From positions 320,001-384,000 of the forward strand of contig CP136572.1 of assembly GCA_035193785.1 (NCBI GenBank): 64,000 nucleotides of DNA, given 5' to 3'. Positions 59,737 to 64,000 of this stretch are shown one piece after another. The DNA comes from Planktothrix sp. GU0601_MAG3. Its GTDB lineage: Bacteria; Cyanobacteriota; Cyanobacteriia; Cyanobacteriales; Microcoleaceae. The translations under genes were made by a program, and so were the position numbers. The stretch's first letter is position 1. Every line of letters begins with the position of its first letter. The notes below the pieces were generated by a model, which was not told the DNA's origin, did no database searches, and saw nothing but the letters and a program-made list of their open reading frames with translations.

Positions 59737-60300
59737 ATGATTACAATAACAACTCCCCCAAAACTTTCATTTAAAGATTATCTAAACTATGACGATGGGA
59801 CAGATAACCGTTATGAGTTAGAAGACGGAGAATTAATTCTAATGAATCCCCCAACAGGTCGCCATGCGTTAGTTATCTATAATCTAAATAATGCCTTTGT
59901 AGCAGAAATTAATCGTCTAAGTTTATCTTGGATTTGCTTACAAAATATTGGCATCAGAACATCAATTAATCGTTCTCGAATTCCCGATCTTTGTATTGTC
60001 ACCCGGGAACAAATTCAAGAAAAATTAGATGTTTCAGCCGTGCTAGAATCTCCGGCAATTTTAGCCATTGAAATGGTTAGTCCCGAATCCAAAATCAGGG
60101 ACTACCGCTATAAAAGATCAGAATATAGCGTTGTCGGGATTCCTGAATATTGGATTATTGATCCAAGTGAACAAAAAATCACCATTTTGCAGTTAGTGGA
60201 GGGACTATATGAGGAACAAAGTTATCAAGGAAATCAGAGAATTATTTCTCTAATATTCCCCGAACTCAATTTAACCCCGGAACAGATTTTTAACCTATAA
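59737..60300 (+). CDS. Uma2-family endonuclease-like protein inside the csm operon
   Basis: RYELEDGELI, RIPD, IEMVSP, DYRYKRSEY..GIPEYWIIDP. Confidence 0.9.
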   Translation: MITITTPPKLSFKDYLNYDDGTDNRYELEDGELILMNPPTGRHALVIYNLNNAFVAEINRLSLSWICLQNIGIRTSINRSRIPDLCIVTREQIQEKLDVSAVLESPAILAIEMVSPESKIRDYRYKRSEYSVVGIPEYWIIDPSEQKITILQLVEGLYEEQSYQGNQRIISLIFPELNLTPEQIFNL

Positions 60301-60312
60301 TTTGAGTTAACT

Positions 60313-60744
60313 ATGCCCATTGATAAAGACATTGAAAATCACATTAAATCTCTGAAATCTCTCAAAGACTATTCAATTAGAGATTTAGTCAAACACGCTC
60401 AGGAATTTGGCCCCCATCTCAAAAATCAGAAATTGGAAACGAACCAAGTTCGCAAATTTTTAGATGCCATTAATCGACTGAAAGTTAAAATTGCTCAAAA
60501 TGCGGATCAAAGTGAGAAAGATATTGAGCAAAAAAATCAAAAAGTGTTCAACAAAATCGAGCCGGAAATTGTCCTATTAAAACCCAAACTTGCCTATGCT
60601 GCCGCTCGACAACAAGCCGCTAAACCGCTTAGTAGTATCATGTCTGTTGCTATTGACAAAGTACATAGTTTAGAAGACTTTGAACGACTTGTACAATTAA
60701 TTGAATCAACCATTGCCTACCATAAAGCTGAAGGAGGAAAATAA
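60313..60744 (+). CDS. csm2: Csm2 small subunit
   Basis: TNQVRKF, LLKPKLAYAAAR, IESTIAYHK. Confidence 0.93.
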   Translation: MPIDKDIENHIKSLKSLKDYSIRDLVKHAQEFGPHLKNQKLETNQVRKFLDAINRLKVKIAQNADQSEKDIEQKNQKVFNKIEPEIVLLKPKLAYAAARQQAAKPLSSIMSVAIDKVHSLEDFERLVQLIESTIAYHKAEGGK

Positions 60745-60747
60745 ATC

Positions 60748-61700
60748 ATGACTGTAATTGATAGACCCCAAAAAAACTTACTCGGAAAAATTATTATTAC
60801 CAGTACCTTGGTAGTTGAAACCGGATTACATATTGGCGGTGGCGGTGAAAATTTAGATATTGGGGGGTTAGATAAACCCGTCATTCGTGACCCCATGACC
60901 CAGCGCCCCTATCTCCCCGGTTCTTCAATTAAAGGAAAACTGCGGGCGATATTAGAACGGTGGTTAAAAAAACCCTTAAATCGTTCAGGAGGAAGCGGAA
61001 ACCTATCGTTATGAAAGCGACGATTTAGAAGATGGATATACAGAGATTTCCCCAGGTAAATTTGTTCGCTATCAAGGGGCGAGAACCTGTCAATTAAGTC
61101 GAGTATTTGGGTCAACAGGAGGATCAAACTGTTATCTTAAAGCTGATATTATTGGCTCAGAAGAATTAGAAAATAAAGGAAATTCTACAACAATTAATGG
61201 TGAAAACCATATCAAAACCAAAGGAAGGAATCAACCCGCACGATTAATTGTTAGAGATTGTCATTTAACAGAAGAATCCGCTAAACAACTAGAAAAAATT
61301 GACACAGGTTTGTATATGACCGAGTGGAAATTTGAAAATGGAATAGATCGAGTGACGGCGGCGGCAAATCCTCGTCAATTAGAACGGGTTCCCGCAGGTT
61401 TCTAAGTTCAAATTTGAAATAGTATATACCGTTGAAGATGGAACTCAAGCCGCAGAAGATTTAGAGAATTTAGCGATCGCCCTTGCTATTTTAGAAGACG
61501 ATGCGTTAGGCGGTCATGGTTCCAGAGGTTACGGAAAAATCCGCTTTGAAAACTTCAATATTGAGTATCGGGATATTGAACGTTATCGACAAATTGCCAG
61601 TGGCGGTGGAAAATTCTTACCCGTAGCGATTAAAGATATCGGAGAATTGTTGAGTCGTTTTAGTGATGTCAAAGCCCTGTTATCTGAGAAAAAATCATAA
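60748..61700 (+). CDS. csm3: Csm3 (Cas7), apparent frameshifts at ~60998 and ~61398
   Basis: TGLHIGG, PYLPGSSIKGKLR, ENGIDRVTAAANPRQLERVP, LGGHGSRGYG. Confidence 0.92.
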
Positions 61701-61703
61701 ATT

Positions 61704-62781
61704 ATGAGTAATTGGAAACTAATTCGACTCAATTTCGGACAAACACCTGCCCATTTTGGCGAAGTGGGAATCGGACTGGAAGAAAGCCGAGAACGAGTCC
61801 GATCCGATACTTTATTTAGTGCTTTAATCAGTAGCTATGCTCGTTTATTTGGTAAAGAAAAGGTAGAAGAAACTATTAGGAAACTTTCAACAATCTCCTT
61901 GTTTTCGTCTTAGCTCTACCTTTATCTATCGTTATCAAAAATCAAAGTATACCTACTATCTTCCTAAACCTTTAGCTTTCCCTAAAAAGTATCCAATTGG
62001 AAACGATTTAGAGTTTACAAAAACCTACAAAAAGCTCTCCTATTTGCCCTTAGAAGTTTGGCAACGATGGTATCAAGGAGATGGGTTTACAGAGAGCGAT
62101 CGCCTGGAACTAATTCATACAACAAACAAAACCGCAAAAGATAACGATCCTTTGCACAAAGCGGGAACCTTTGACTACAATCAAGCCTTCAAAATTGATA
62201 CAAACCCAAAAGTTGCAATTGATCGCACCACTCGATCAACTAACTTTTATCATACGGGTTTTGTCCATTTTGAAAGTCACCCCCAGGAAGATAAAAGCAA
62301 ACCAGAGCACCACTCAGGATTATATTTTATTCTGCACTTTCCTACAACTAATCCCCACCTAGAAAAAGAAATTCAGGCGACTTTAATTTTTTTAGGAGAA
62401 GAAGGATTAGGCGGAGAACGTTCGAGTGGTGCAGGACGTTTTAATCTGGAATGGTTAGACTTAACCCCTGAGTGGAAAAAAGTTGTTCAGCATCAACAAT
62501 CAAACCATTGTTTAATTAGTTTGTTTTGGGATGATTCCATATCACCAGAACTATTAAATGATAGCGCTTGTTATGATATTCAAGAACGAGGCGGTTGGAT
62601 AGCATCTTCCCCATCTGGTTATCAAAAACGGCGAAAAATGGTGAGAATGTTTACAGAAGGATCGGTTTTTTCCGCTTGTCCTCAAGGAAAACTTGCTAAT
62701 GTCACCCCGAAGGGATTTGAAAAACATCAAGTTTATCGGAGTGGAGTCAGTTTAAGTCTACCCATTTCTATTAATTCCTAA
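61704..62781 (+). CDS. csm4: Csm4 (Cas5), apparent frameshift at ~61869
   Basis: HFGEVG, RSDTLFSAL, VAIDR, GLGGERSSGAG, MFTEGS. Confidence 0.92.
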
Positions 62782-62789
62782 TCAAAATT

Positions 62790-64000
62790 ATGGTTGCTTC
62801 TCAACAGTCTGAAATCAAAAAACCCGAAGTCTATGACTCTCGAAAAATTAGATTAACCAGTCCTATTTTACATATTGGATCGGAAGTTTCCAAGTTAAGT
62901 CCCTTTGAATATGTACAAACCTCTAGTAAAGTTTATCTTCCCGATAAGGAAGCATTAGCCAGAGGTTTACAATCTAAAGGTAGACTGCAAGATTATATTA
63001 ATGCTATTGATAATAGAAGGGAAATTATAGGCATTCTTGAACAAGCATTTGGAAAAAATTGGCAAACGGCGACGGATACCAATGAAAATCGCATTTTTCC
63101 TGAAATTGGGATTAGCAGTAAATGGACGGAAGATCAAATTACTGATCTACGTCCGATGATTAGAAATGGTTTTGGACAGCTTTATATTCCCGGAACTTCG
63201 ATTAAAGGGGCGATGAGAACTGCGATCGCTTATTATCTGATAAAACACGCCGATAAATATAAAACCCCTAAAACAGTCAGCCATATTGAACAACAATTAA
63301 GACAAAAATTAGCATCCGGTGAATTCGTAAATAAATTTAAGCATAAGTTTACCGATGATGCCTTATTTATGAATAGTCTCTTTTCTGATTTTACCTTAAA
63401 GTATCAAGACTATTCGCCCCAAACTAAAACAGGGCCAAATACAGACTTCATGCGAGCAATTCATGTCAGTGATACTGAAACCTTTGCTGGAAAAAAAGTT
63501 AACTCTTAAGAATGGAAATAAAACTATAGTTAATGTACCCATTGTTACGGAAGTCTTAGTTTCTAGCCACTTTGAAAATAATAAGGCTAAATATCGAGCG
63601 TCTATTTATGCGGAAATGGTGAGAAATATTAAAACAGAATTTACCCTAACAATTGATTATGAGATGTTGAGTTGGTTTCGCCATCAACAAGGAATGATTA
63701 TTCCCTTTAAAAATTCACAAGAACTCTTGACGATTTGCCAAGAATTTGCCCAGGAACAATGGGATGGAGAGCATGATTATTGGGACAATATTGAAGATCA
63801 AAAACATCAAGTAAAAAACTTGTATTTTGATAAAATTAGAGATTTTTATGAACATGAAAAATGTCCTTATCAAACTCGATTAGGTTGGGGAAGTGGGATG
63901 ACAGGAACAACAATTAATTGGTTATTAAAAGATGATTTAAGATCCCAATTGCGAGATACCTGTGGGATTAAAGCACCGGGTTTTGAAGCTCCAAAATCTC
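62790..64000 (+). CDS. csm5: Csm5, apparent frameshift at ~63477, runs off the window end
   Basis: SPILHIGS, YIPGTSIKGAMRTA, VSD, RLGWGSG. Confidence 0.9.

Overview
Cyanobacterial chromosomal window (abundant HIP1 GCGATCGC octamers and heptameric tandem repeats; an Oscillatoriales/Planktothrix-like genome is inferred). It holds housekeeping and stress genes (hspA, hhoA, putA, pgm, uvrC, leuCD, a P450, two sensor kinases), two type II toxin-antitoxin pairs, a translationally coupled pair of P-loop ATPases opposite a PD-(D/E)XK nuclease, an array of four secreted RTX-tailed proteins (two subtilases, two 7-repeat FG-GAP proteins) sharing a near-identical 3' cassette, a glutamine (glnA-motif) riboswitch in front of an unannotated 59-aa ORF, and a type III-A CRISPR-Cas locus (WYL/TIGR03985-like gene, 43-repeat array, cas2-cas1, csx18, csx3-ATPase fusion, HD-less cas10, Uma2, csm2-5). 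A tnpB-only IS200/IS605 element splits a UPF0175 gene 100 bp from the array. About 30 apparent frameshifts all come from one change, GAAC->GAAAC or GTTC->GTTTC. They are treated as systematic sequencing errors, not pseudogenes, and may be the footprint of DNA backbone phosphorothioation at GAAC/GTTC.
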